Origin: Euglena gracilis
Taxonomy: Eukaryota
NCBI GenBank assembly: GCA_039621445.1
Contig: CP154954.1
Span: forward strand, 8,868,634 to 8,932,633
Length of the DNA stretch: 64,000 nucleotides
Direction: 5' to 3'
Positions 45,063 through 56,494 of the stretch are shown piece by piece. Numbering within the stretch: the stretch's first letter is position 1; each line of letters starts with the position of its first letter. The notes under the pieces were generated by a model. It made no database searches, was not told the origin of the DNA, and saw only the letters and a list, made by a program, of their open reading frames with translations. The position numbers and the translations under genes are program-made.

Positions 45063-48000
45063 GTATATATATGTATATATATGTATATATAATGACATAT
45101 TATATATTATATATGTATTATATATGTATAAAATATATTGATATTTTATGACCTCCCACAAGTGTTTTGAGGGGTTTGAAAAAAAAGATGTAATGACATT
45201 TGCCTCACCAATTTGGGGAGGTTTCTGTGGCTTTCGCCGAATCCAGGGGATGAGCCAGCTGTCCAGCCGACAGATTTCCCATCTTGTCATCGTGAACTTC
45301 ACACACCGTCCCACTCCATGTCTCCTCCTTCACCTCCCCCCCCCCCCGCAGTGGACTCCACCGGCTATTCGCTCCCGAGCTCCGGCCCCGAGGCGGGCGC
45401 CGCGGCCGTCCAGGCGGCGGTGCTGCAGTCGCGGCTCGCCGCGGCGGAGCAGCAGCTGGGCCAGCGCGAGGCCACCGTGGCAGAGCTGCAGCAGAGGCTG
45501 GCCGCAGCGGACCGGGCGGCCGCGGAGGTGCCCCCCCCCCAAAACCATCCGCCGGTTTTTGTTGTTATACTCTGGTATTGTTTTGTTAATACACGTATTT
45601 TTGTTTTCTGCGCTGGTATTATTATTCTACTGATTTATTATTCTTATATTATTCTTATTCTTGTTATTCTCTGTTATTATTCTATATTTTTTTTGTAATC
45701 CAGGTATCAGCAACGAATTCAAAAGGGTTTATCTCTGTGGGTGAATGTTCAGTGCTGGGAATTTGTTTCCCCCATTGTCACCCAGCCGAAATTGTTGCTT
45801 TGGGTCAATAGTTGCGAGCTGTTCATCGTGTAAATTCATTTCCTGGCTGGAAATATGGCTTGACTTGTGAGGGACAACTTCTCAGCGGGTGGGGGGGCAT
45901 GTCTGATGAAGGAACAACAACTGGGTAGTGTTATGTTTGGGATCATTGATGGACAACTCCAGGGGTTTCTGCAGTTTTTCGTGGGTCTTCTTCCTTGAAT
46001 TTTTTTCAGCCAAAGTTGGCCCCCAAAAAAATTCTTTCCCCAAACAGCACAAAAGTTTTTCTTTCGCATAGTGGCTTCATGTTGAGATTTGATGTGGCCT
46101 TTTTGTGATGAAGTTCCATCAGAGTCGGAATCAGAGTGCGGACCATTCTGGAGTTTGGACTGTTTCCGGGTATTTTTAATCCAGCCCCAGGAGGTCAGGT
46201 GCATTTCAAAGCCACAAGAGGTGGGGAGGCTTCTCATGTTTGCCTTTTTTGGTGAAGAAAGGCAGTCCCGCATTGCGCATCCTTCCTTCTGTCCTCCGCA
46301 TCTGTCCTCGCATTCGACTTACCCTCATCCTGCCCACTGCCTCTGCGTGCGCCGACCAACCCAAGGCACACCCAAACCCACAGCCGGGGAATGAATTCAG
46401 AGATGGTTGTGAATGGGGGGGCAGAGCAGGGTGCTAAATGGGAATTGGTTTTGTACAGGGGAAGGAGAAGGGGGGGGGGGTAGTCTTTCTGTTCCGCGGC
46501 ACATGGCTCCAGAGAAGTTAGGTGTTTTTTGTTTTTTTATCGATTTGTTGGAAAAAAAAAACTCCTGAAAGCACCATTTTGGGGCATTTTTGGGGGGGCG
46601 TTCGGGAAAAATCTCCGGCATGTTGCGCCGGGTTTCCCCCGGGGGGGAGGAGGGAGGTCGACTCTACCCCTCCCCCCCCCCCCGATGAGAAAGGGGAGTC
46701 CAGACCACCCCCCTCCCCCCCCCCTGTCATTTCACTTTCCTGTCATGTCATTTAATTCCTTCGGGGGGGCTGGTTTTCTGTTGGTCTGCTCCCAGGCGGC
46801 GGAGCTGCGGCGCAAGCTGGCGGAGGCGGAGCAGCAGTGCAGCCACCTGCAGGGGGAGCTGGCCCAGAGCCGCATGTCCACCACCGCGTCCAACAGCCGG
46901 GGCTGGCCCGATGCGGCAGTCTGCGGCTTGCGTGGTGCCCGGGAGACCCAGGTGGGGTGGTCCCGGGCCCGAAAAAAAAATATATTTTTATATTTTAATT
47001 TAAAAAATTAAAAAGCACAACTCTGAAATCCCCACCGGGTCAGCAAACTATATGTTCGAAAAAAACTTACCCAGAAATCCTGCAGGTCAGCCCATTTTGG
47101 ATCCATTTCCCAATCAGGCTTGTGCTTAGTCGGGTGCCTACCCCACGGGGGGGGGGGTGCTAGGGGCAGGCACCCCATAGCACCCGATCCGACCCCCCCC
47201 CGGGGGGGGGGGTAGGGTTTTGGGGGGTGCCTGCCCCTAGCAGGCACCCCCCTCCGACCCCGGCGCCGAAGGCGCCGGGGGCCCAGAAAAGGCCATTTTC
47301 AATGAAACTTTTCTGGGTCCGGCCCGGACCCCTATCCCCCCCCCGGGGGGGGGTGTGCCTGCTAGGGGCAGGCACCCTATAGCACCCACCCCCACCCTCC
47401 CCCCCCCGGTTGGTAAGCACAAGCATGTTTCCAACCATTGGCCATTCAGCTCCCTCCAGGTCAAATAAATCTGGTACCGAATCAGTCTGATTCTGCTCGG
47501 CACCGGGGTGAATTCGTCGGAGGGGATCTGTTTGTGGGTTCTCTTTGTGGATCCCCACCAGTAGGAATTTTATCTCAAAATTGTCCGTTTCGGTTGCCCG
47601 TGTAGGGAAAGGTACAGCTTGAACTCACCCACGTGTCATCTTTCACCCCGTTGGGGAGGGCGATTCTTATCGTGCATTAGTCCCCAACCATTCGCCAGGA
47701 GAACCATTCGCGCGTGTCGCACAGTTGTATTTCTATATTACAAAAGGGCACAACGCCTGCGACAGACTCGGATGGTTCTTACGGTTTCAATTCTGATTGT
47801 GTGAATTTGGCTGATGCCTCTGAAACTTTGGAATTGCCTTTATGGTGTCATAATCATGTTCTCTTTTCCAATGTGGCGGTTGAGGAGTTTGCTTAGAGGG
47901 ATTTTGGCATTGCCTTTGTTTAAAGAGAGATTTATTGAATTAAAGGAAAAGTGCATTCGTTTTGTGGTAACGGCCTGGCTTCCTTCCCACGTTGCAGTGA

Positions 48001-51000
48001 AGTGTCCCGACAAACCCGATGCATCGTTTGCCGTGTGTTAGCTCCGCCGCTGCACACGTTCGTGCTCTGGAGCGCACCACAGCGATCCTTGCTTCTGTGC
48101 GGCGCTGTGGTGAGACTTCACTATTTCTGTGTGGCACCCCCTCTGCACGTTTACAGGAATGGGGCTTATGGCGAAATTGGCGGAACAAAATCCCGCCAAA
48201 TTTTTGTCCATATTTTTGTCCGAGGCCTCCAAACTGAGCCAGAAGCCTCCACGTTTTTTTCGAAAGTGTTCACCATTTAATCCATGATGTTAATAGAAAT
48301 GGCGCCAATTTAGAGATGATTCCTAACTGAAGATCAAAGATTCAATCACTTGTACGGGAAACCTCTAATTTGGAAAATGGCCCCTAATTTCAAAATTCAT
48401 GGGAGGTGCAATGTTTGTTTGAGAAATTTGCCATTTGTCAATTTTCTTTTCCATTTTTGACATGGTGGAAATCATGTAAAACTTGCAAAAATATGGTTCC
48501 ATCTCGCAGGTGAAGAAATGCGGGGGAATGTTATTTTGGGCTGCTGAATTCGATTCCAGGGAGAACATTATTTGGCGGAATATTGTTTGGGGAGGTATTT
48601 CAATAGGTCAATTACAAGCACGATACCCAGCTTAATCTGAGCACTTCTGTATTCACCTTAGTGCAATTTTAGCTAATTGTACACAATTTCGCGCACAAAA
48701 ATAGAGGTTCGATCAAAAAAAAACTTATGCTTTGCGTTCATAAACAAAGCGCTATGGAGAGGCTTTGTACTGCGAAGGACTAATTTCCCCACTTGGCATT
48801 GGACTAACGGCAGTGGGGGATGCCTTTCGAATTTTTGCACAAGTTTTGCACATTTTTTCGATTTTTCAAAAATACGCATTTTTGAAAAATCGCTCGCATT
48901 TTTGTGTATTTTCGTTGTTTTTTTTCAGTGCATTTTTTTGCTTTTTGGCGCATTTTTTCGTGATTTACCCAGTTTTTTTTTTGCATCTTTTGACCTTTTT
49001 TTTGCATTTTTCTTGCTATTTTTTGAATTTTCGAATTTTTGTACTAACAATTTCCTCATAATTTCATACAACATTTGTAATTTTTGTTCCATTTGATGTT
49101 TTTGGATAATTGCTTGCATTTTCATGATTTTTGATTTTTTTCCTCGGACTTTGAACATGCCCATTTTTTGCGCATTTTAGCGCATTTTCGCACATTTTTT
49201 CCAGGGCGGGCCTAAGCATTTCTCCCCCCCCCCCCGCCAATGGGCATCGGTCGTCACCCAATGAGAAGCTGCTGGAGCAGAACGCGACCATGTCCGCCAA
49301 CATTGAGACCCGGGCGGCGCTCAACACAGAGAAGACCCCATTCCCCCAAGGGGAGGGGCGGCGTGCGCTTGTAGCGGACCGACGCCTTCAGCGGCAGGCG
49401 GGCAGGGGGTGCGCTTTTATTTGGACCCTAAGCTTGTACGGCCCCGCGCTTCTATTAGGAGGGGGGGGGCGGGTTTCCCATTGTGGTGGTTACCCGGGGG
49501 GGTCGACACCCCCACCAGCAGGTCTTCCCATCCAGCCTCGGGGGGGAGGTATCACGATGCGCCTTCCGGGTGGCAAAGGTGATGGAGCGGCTGAACGACG
49601 TGCTGATGGAGCGGGAGGAGGTGGCCAACGAGTTCCGGCGCTACAAGGCCGCCGGGCACCTGGCCCAGGTCTAGTCACGTCTTGTGTGCGGCGGACGGGA
49701 GAGCCTACGACACACTAACGCTAACACTGCGTACACCAAGGCGAGTATCGCCCGGGTAGCTTTTTCCGCTGAGGTACCGGTCTCACACGCGGGAGGCGGT
49801 GGGTTTGAATCCCGTCGTGTGAGACCTGATCGATCCCGTATGGGCAGAGGGCATACCGCAGGGATCGATTGGCGCATCGTCGGCTGTGGACACGTCTCCC
49901 TTCTTCTGCAGGGTCCCACCCCTGCACACTGCCGGACGCTTGGGGTGGGTTTCAGAGCGAAAATTCCACCCCCATTCAGAAGAGCGAGATGCGCAGAAAA
50001 ACGGTGAAAAGCATATCGAGCACCAGCTCGCCAAGATTGCATAGGGGTCACTCTGGGCATTTCTACCGGCTCGAGAGTAGGTGCTTTTCGGGGAGCGTTT
50101 GTCGGTCCACAGTATCCCAGGCTGCCAGATGGAGTCTTCTTAAGTCTGTTAAGCCTAAGCGCCAGGTTATGGTTATGGGTATGTTAGGAACACGGTTGGG
50201 GTTAGTGTTTTAGCATGTGTTTAGGCTGAAATGTGGTTGGAAGTTAGTTAAAACCCTGGCCAAATTTTGTCCAAAAAGTACACCCAAAAACACGAAGAGG
50301 GTTTTAGGTTCAGGGTCAGGGTTAGCACCTCCTAACCCTGGCCTTACTCCTTCAATGAACCCTGATCAGCCAACAGCGGCAAAGGCGGGCCCACGAGGGC
50401 AACCCTGCTGCTGCTGCATTTTGCCTCCGAAAGAAGAATAGGCCGAAGCAGAAACCACGGGGAAGCGGGAAAGACACACACATTCTCCTCTCTTATTGAT
50501 TGTTGTATTTTATTATTGTTTTTATGGCCTCCCCAACAGGTGGGTCGCCTTGTGGAGCCCCTCGTCCAGGCCATGGCGGACGGCACCAACGGCTCCACCA
50601 CGGAGCTGCTGGACCGCGTCAAGCAGACCGTGTTCTCGGGAGCCAGCGCCTCCTTTCAGGTCGGTGCCTGACTGAACCTGAGGTTGTCCTGATCGCCCGT
50701 CTGGGGCTATAGCCTGGAGGAGCAGCTTGAGGAGGCTCAACTCGGGGGGTGGGAGTGCGTCTTATTTGTTTTTGTATGATTATGTTTGTGTCGCGTTATT
50801 TGAGCCCTCCCTCCCCGCTCGACCTCAGTTTGGTGTCTGGGTTTCAAGGTGGGTCCCCACCCATGGGTGTGGAGGGTTCCGGACGGATTTGGGGCTTTCT
50901 AGAACCCCAGAAAAAAGGTTGAGGTTTTTTCCCACAAAGCTTCACTCTAGGAATACTTTGGTTTTAATATGTTTTTCCCAAAAGAGAGAAACGTTAAAAA

Positions 51001-54000
51001 GTTGGGGTTTTTTTGTGTGCGCCAAGCGCTTTGCGCCAGGCCAAACAATTGAATCAACGGATTTTGTCACACCGCTGTTTCAGTGTGGAGGAAGGTGTCC
51101 CCCAGCCCTGTGACACCTGCTCAGACATCCCCCCCTTTGCTTTTACATCAGCATGTCAGACCCTATTCCCTTCTTCTCAAGGGGAGTATAAATGCCTGAA
51201 GCAGTCTATTTTTTTGTTTTTTTTTTGGTGCAAATCGCCTGAAACAAGTTGAACGACAAAGTGTTGGTTCCAGGTCCCAGGCATCAGATTGGAGCGTGTG
51301 ATTTCATTGCCGACAGATGTTATTCTGTCGCACAGAAGATCTGTCAATCTATCTTATTTAGCAGTTTAACAGTTTAACATTTATTACTTTTACTTATTTA
51401 TGCCGACCGTACGAGGGATTTTCATGCCCGAGAATTTGTCACAGTCCTGCCCGGGAAAATGTCAGAGTATCATCCAGCACCTCCCAATATTTCAGAGTCA
51501 AAGTCTTTGGAAATGCCCTGCTACTGCGCAACCCAGGAAACTCTCTCCCGCCCAGGAGAAAACAGCCAGAATTTTGGTTCTGCCCCCCCCCCCATACCTA
51601 CAGTCTCCAAGGTTTCCCGCTGCTGCCGACCTGTCAGGGGGGGGGTCTAAGATTTCTTATCTGTTGCCTGTCCATCAGTTTGTTTCATCGGAATGGGGGT
51701 GGGCGCCATTAAAATGGGAGCACAACGACACAGATTCAAAACAGTGCAGCATTTCAAACACAGGAAAAGACCCACGGGGTGCTGGTTCGCCCACATCAAC
51801 AGTGGACCCGTGCTTTCCGCCCCCCAAAAGGGGGCCCTGCCTACGGTGGAGGACGCACCAGAGCACGACCCGGACAACCTGCCATACCTGATGGAGGAGG
51901 ACTGCATCGTGATGCGGCGGCGGCAGGCCAGCGACCAGGCGGGTGTGACGTTGCGGCCGACCTCTCTATGGGGGCAGAGCTATGGCTGTACGGGAATCCC
52001 CGCAGCAGGGAGGGTGGGGGGGGGGTCCAACCCCCCCCCCCACCCCTTCCTTGAGGGCACCGATTTTTAGGTCAACATTTTCTGCCTTCGGCGCCAAAGG
52101 AATTTTATTTGGGCGGTGCCAGGGTGGGTGGGGGGGAGGGTCGGCCCACCCACCCACCCCCACCTCCCGGGTGGGAGGGTCGACCCCCCCCACCAGTATT
52201 TCCCGTAGAGCCCTGCACCCCCCCTGGCTGTCACTATGGGCCCTTGCAGCTGACTTTTTTTGTCATGTTGGAAAGTCCCCCCCAGGGCCCTCCCTCTGGA
52301 AGTCCAGAAAAGTTCAGCTGAGTGGGCGAATTTCCTCCTGTCCCCGCTGGACCATATTATTTTTTGAGGCAGAAATTTTTTTAAAAAAATTGAGGGGTTC
52401 AAAAAATTTGAACCCCTTTCTCAGGTGTTATTTTCCAGAATTTTGATTTGTATAAAAAGAAAAACTGCAAGGCATCGTTTTGTTGCATGATGGGAGTTTT
52501 CCCCAAGGTGGTGATTTTTTACAAGTCTGTTCCTGACAAAATGTGCACAGTCTGGACTTTGGCAGGGAATTTCTCCTCCAGGGAACCCACAGGGAAGTGC
52601 TTTCTTGGGCACCCCGACAGAGACCCCTCCCCCGGGATGGTCGACCCCAGCCTGCCGGCAACGGTCCTGCTGCGGCTCCCGCTCCAGCCCCAGCCAACAC
52701 CATCACCCCGCAGTCCAGCGTGGGGGACGCCGCATCGATGGAGCAGCCGGGCAGGGTGTGGTGGGATGAAGTGTGAAGAGGGCGTTCAAAGTCAATTCCA
52801 CCGGCGCACAGATGTGTGCACAGTTGGGTGCTGAAAGCAGGGATTACCTCAGTTTCGTGCCACAGAAAATCATGAAAAATCACGAAAAATAGCGAAGTCA
52901 CAAAAGAAATCACAAAAATCGCGAAAAGTCACAAAAAGATCACGAAAAGTCGCGAAAAGTCACGAAAAGATCGCGAAAAGTCGCGAAAAAAACACGAAGA
53001 ATCAGGAATGGCGACATGGGGTCTTCAGCACGAAACTGAGGGAATCCCTGCTGAAAGGCAAACTTTGGCCCAGGTTTCCAACACGGACGGGGGAGGGATT
53101 CCATTTCTGTCACCTGCCGTGCGAACTGCATTCCTTCGACCGCTGCTTCTTGTTTCTGCACCCGCGGCGTAAAGGCGACGTGGAACCCTCGACAGTGTTT
53201 GTCGTGTCTGCGTCGCCGCCTAAAAACCCCAGCTCATGGAGTGGACAGATCCGGTGCATTAACACACACGGTCTGTCACAACCATTGGGCGAAAAGCGTC
53301 CAACCCCCCCACTTGCAACACGCTCACAAACACGTTCCTTATAAGGACCGCTGGGGCTGGCTTACCAAACGACTTAGAAGAATTAAGCCTCGGCGCCGAA
53401 GGCGCTTGGAGGCAGGCACCAACTGAGTCGTGGAGGGGGGGTCTGAGTCAGGCTTGTGCTTAGTCGGGTGCCCACCCCACAGGGGGGGGGGGTGCTAGGG
53501 GCAGGCACCCCATAGCACCCCATCTGACCCCCCCCCCGGGACCGACCGGGGGCATACATCTCTCTAAGGTTCTGCGAACCCCCCCCGGGGGGGGGGGGGG
53601 GGCGGCTGCAGCCAGCCCCGACCTATTTGGACCCAGCCCAGCCGCAGCCGCCCCCTCCCCGGGGGGGGGGGGGAGTGCTGCTAGCCCTAGCTAGCCAGCC
53701 CCTTTTTTGGGGGTCCACCCCAAAATTTTTCGGCGCAAAGCGCCGAAATTTTTTGAAAAACTGTGTTCTAAAGTGGCCAAAAATGGGGTTTGGGGGGCGT
53801 TTGGGGCATTTTGGGGGGGTTTCAGATGCATCATTTTTTCAAAACTGTGTTTTGCAGGTCATTTTTGGGCATTTTTCCGATTTCAGTCCAGCTCGCCCCG
53901 GTTCGGGTCCAGCCCGCCCCCCCCGGGGGGGGGGGGGGCGGGCTAGCCCAGCAACCCCCCGGGGTCCTTAAAGAGATGTATGACCGGGGGGGGGGGTGCT

Positions 54001-56494
54001 ATAGGGTGCCTGCCCCTAGCAGGCACACACCTCCTGGGGGGGGGGGTTAGGGGGAGACCCAGAAATTTTTCATTGAAAATGGCCTTTTCCGGCCCCCGGT
54101 GCCGTCGGCGCCGGGGTCGGAGGGGGGGTGCCTGCTATGGGCAGGCACCCCCAACAACCCTACCCCCCAAGCACAAGCCTGTTCTGGGTCGTTCTGGGGT
54201 TTGGGGAATGACCAAAAAATGAGTTTTCATGATCTCTGAAATTGAAGAATTTTCACATTTTCTATCCACAGCATTCAAATTTGGTCACATCCAAACGAGG
54301 GGGGGGGGGGGCTGGCACCCCCAAAATAATGCCTTTGGGGTCACAACTTGGCCAACGCTCATTCGGTGCGTTCGCAAATGGCTGGTGAACCTGAAATCTT
54401 TGGTGTGCACAAGAATTTTCTTTGGTGGACAAGAATGAAAAGGGGTCCAACTGGCTGCCAGCTGGATCTGGAGGGTACACAGAAAAATGGGGGAAACGCC
54501 CGAATGCAGCTGGGTTGGCATTTTTCAGCCGGAGAAGGGAAAACTCCAAAAAAGAGTCCTCAAAGAAAAAACACTAATTGGGGCCTTTTCGGACTGCTCC
54601 CTCACCCAAAAAGCAGTTCGCACCAGAATTTTTTTTAAACCTCAGCCCAGGTGCGCCGGGCTACCCCAACTTCGCCGTGCCCCAAGGTGACGAGGAATGA
54701 GTGACACTCATGTTGTAGTCATCACCAGGGGACAACCTAAGGACCCGGGAGGGGGGGGGTCCAGCCAGCCAGCTGGAAAAAGGAGCTGCCCCCAAGAGGG
54801 GTGGGTCCCACCAGCTCCTGGGCTGGGCCCGACTCGTTTCCGGAAACTGGCGCCAAATCCCAAATCCAGCTGGGTTCACCAGGGATTTTTTTTAGACCTG
54901 GGGGTGGTCGCCCCATTTTAGGGTGGGGTCAATTTTGGGTCGATTTCGGCGCCGAATTTAGGGCCAAAGTCCCGCCTCCAGCAGGGGACCCACAAGGCTC
55001 TTGCGGGTCCCACCCCAGGGGGGGGGGGGTTGCGGCGGACCCGCCCACCCTGCTCCCCTCTCCCCCGGGGGTCCAACATTTTAAAAATCACCTTAGCAAA
55101 TTGGCAAAGTTGAAAGTACGCACTCGGGGAGTTGGGAGTCAAATGGAGGTATTGTGGCTGCTCTGGTCTCTATTTCCTTTAGTTTTTTCATAATTTACAT
55201 GTTTTAAATGTATATTTTTGGCAAGTCGATCATTTTCTGGGGGAGTTCTGGGCCACACTGGGAGCCCAGGGGTCAACCCCTAAATACTCGCCAATTTTTG
55301 CAGAAATTTCCCATATGCGCGCGATTGGGTGCAGATGGCACGTGCACGAGGGGTGCGCCTCCACCGCAAAGGTGCGCTCGGTCGGACAGTGTGATGTGTG
55401 CACATCATTCCCTCCTGGGGGCTTCGAACGCTGGCGGCCACGTCCGCCATGTTTTTCAGGGGGGTGAGGGTTCTTTGTCACAAGCCTTTAGTACGGAAAC
55501 GGCCGTCCAGGGACATATGAAAGAGATGCTGTTTTTGGATTTTGTTTTGACCAGGGATCCTGCTCATGCCCCGTTTCCGCTTCCCTGGGATTGTTTATCC
55601 TCTATGGGGACCTGAAGCAGGAACTGTGTTTGATGAGTGTGATCCGGAAAATCAAGGCCGCAAAGAAACCCAAAAAGCAGCACAAGTTATGAAAAAAAAA
55701 AACGTGATCTGCAGAGCCAACTTTCGCCCAACTCTGGCCCATTTTTTGGAACCCCCCAAGTGGGAAAAAAAACCTCCGCAACCGTCCCACCTGTAACCCT
55801 TATTTTTTTCTGCCCATGACAATTGCTTTCGGGCCGTTTTCCCCTGACCTTTTGCGTGGTTGTTGGTGTTTGCTTTGGCGTTGGCGTCAGGGTTGGCGTC
55901 GGCGTTGGCGTCGGTGGTGGTGTGCGTCCTTTGACCAGGGTTCGATATAAGGAGGGCGTACATGGTTTAGGTGGGGGGGTGTCCCCCCCACCCCCCCCCC
56001 CCCCCGCCTCCTGGCCCCCAGGGGGGGGGTCCGGACAACCCCCCCCCCCCACCTGCAAGGGGGGTCCGGACCGACCCTCGGGGGGCACCCGGGACCCCCC
56101 CCCCAAAAAGGGTCAATTTTTTCCTCCAGCGCTTCGCGCCGAAATTTTTTTGCATTTTTGGCCAATTTTTGCCCAAAAAGTGCCCAAAATGGCACTTTTG
56201 GTCGTTTTGGGGGGTCAAATTTTTTTCGGCCCGGCGCTTTGCGCCGGGCCGAAAATCGGTCACCCTGACCGCGCCACTGTTTAGGTGGGGGGGGGGGTGT
56301 CCCCCCCACTCCCCCCCCCCCCTGGCCCGCAGGGGGGGGTCCGGACCACCCCCCCCCTCCTCTCCTTATATCGAACCCTGCCTTTGACCCTTGGGCGGAC
56401 AGTTTGGCCCGGCGCCCTGCAGCCGAGGGAGGTTCACTGGGCGGGGCTCTGGGGCGCCTTCAAGGACAAGGTGTTCCCCCCGCCCGGCGAGTAA
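39212..56494 (+). CDS. Multi-exon protein with Pro-rich N-terminal half, central coiled coil and short aromatic C-terminal tail
   Basis: Exons include ~39212-39397, 39611-39655, 40289-40448, 40811-~40860, ~42614-42685, ~43700-43870, ~44425-44587, 45352-45527 (LQSRLAAAEQQLGQREATVAELQQRL), 46796-~46898 (AAELRRKLAEAEQQCSHLQGELAQSR), ~49260-49313, ~49570-49668 (VMERLNDVLMEREEVANEFRRYK), 50570-50658, 51845-51938, 52621-~52755 and terminal ~56403-56494 (REVHWAGLWGAFKDKVFPPPGE*). Several junctions are unresolved. Confidence 0.6.
39451..39566. repeat. 11-bp tandem repeat (T/C)TGTG(A/G)CGATG with 33-bp higher-order period
   Basis: About 10 units. Confidence 0.88.
40115..40236. mobile_element. Second, inverted copy of the ~120-bp GGGAAACTGTCA MITE
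   Basis: Near reverse complement of 24856-24979; TA on both sides. Confidence 0.8.
40449..40810 (+). mobile_element. Nonconventional intron that is a MITE copy (CAGGGCTGT family)
   Basis: TIR CAGGGCTGTTCGGGAA / TTCCCATACAGCCCTG (14/16) at 40452-40805, flanked by TCCGTGGC and TCCTTGGT (6/8). The same left-end sequence GGGAATCCCCGAAACCC occurs in the copy at 330-476. Confidence 0.75.
47115..47427. mobile_element. MITE, CAGGCTTGTGCTT family
   Basis: TTCCCAAT|CAGGCTTGTGCTTA ... TAAGCACAAGCATG|TTTCCAAC (6/8). Confidence 0.78.
49750..49815 (+). pseudogene. tRNA-Val(CAC)-like pseudogene or tRNA-derived SINE head, in an intron
   Basis: GGTAGC D-arm start, CTCACAC anticodon loop followed by GCGGGAGG, and B-box-like GGGTTTGAATCCC; the acceptor and D stems are broken. 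Confidence 0.4.
52865..53000. repeat. 10-bp tandem repeat TC(A/G)CGAAAA(G/A)
   Basis: Degenerate tandem copies. Confidence 0.8.
53449..54181. mobile_element. MITE, CAGGCTTGTGCTT family, interrupted by a nested MITE
   Basis: GTCTGAGT|CAGGCTTGTGCTT ... AAGCACAAGCCTG|TTCTGGGT (6/8). Confidence 0.8.
53553..53982. mobile_element. Nested MITE (CATACATCTCT family) with perfect 8-bp TSD
   Basis: ACCGGGGG|CATACATCTCTCTAAGG ... CCTTAAAGAGATGTATG|ACCGGGGG. Confidence 0.88.
55936..56380. mobile_element. MITE, perfect 19-bp TIR and perfect 8-bp TSD
   Basis: CCTTTGAC|CAGGGTTCGATATAAGGAG ... CTCCTTATATCGAACCCTG|CCTTTGAC; an older copy lies at 56863-57209. Confidence 0.9.

Noticed and set aside
50140-50345. 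Degenerate TTAGGG-like tract as a chromosome end
   Set aside because: Short, degenerate and intronic; it resembles the repeat-borne interstitial motifs elsewhere in the window.
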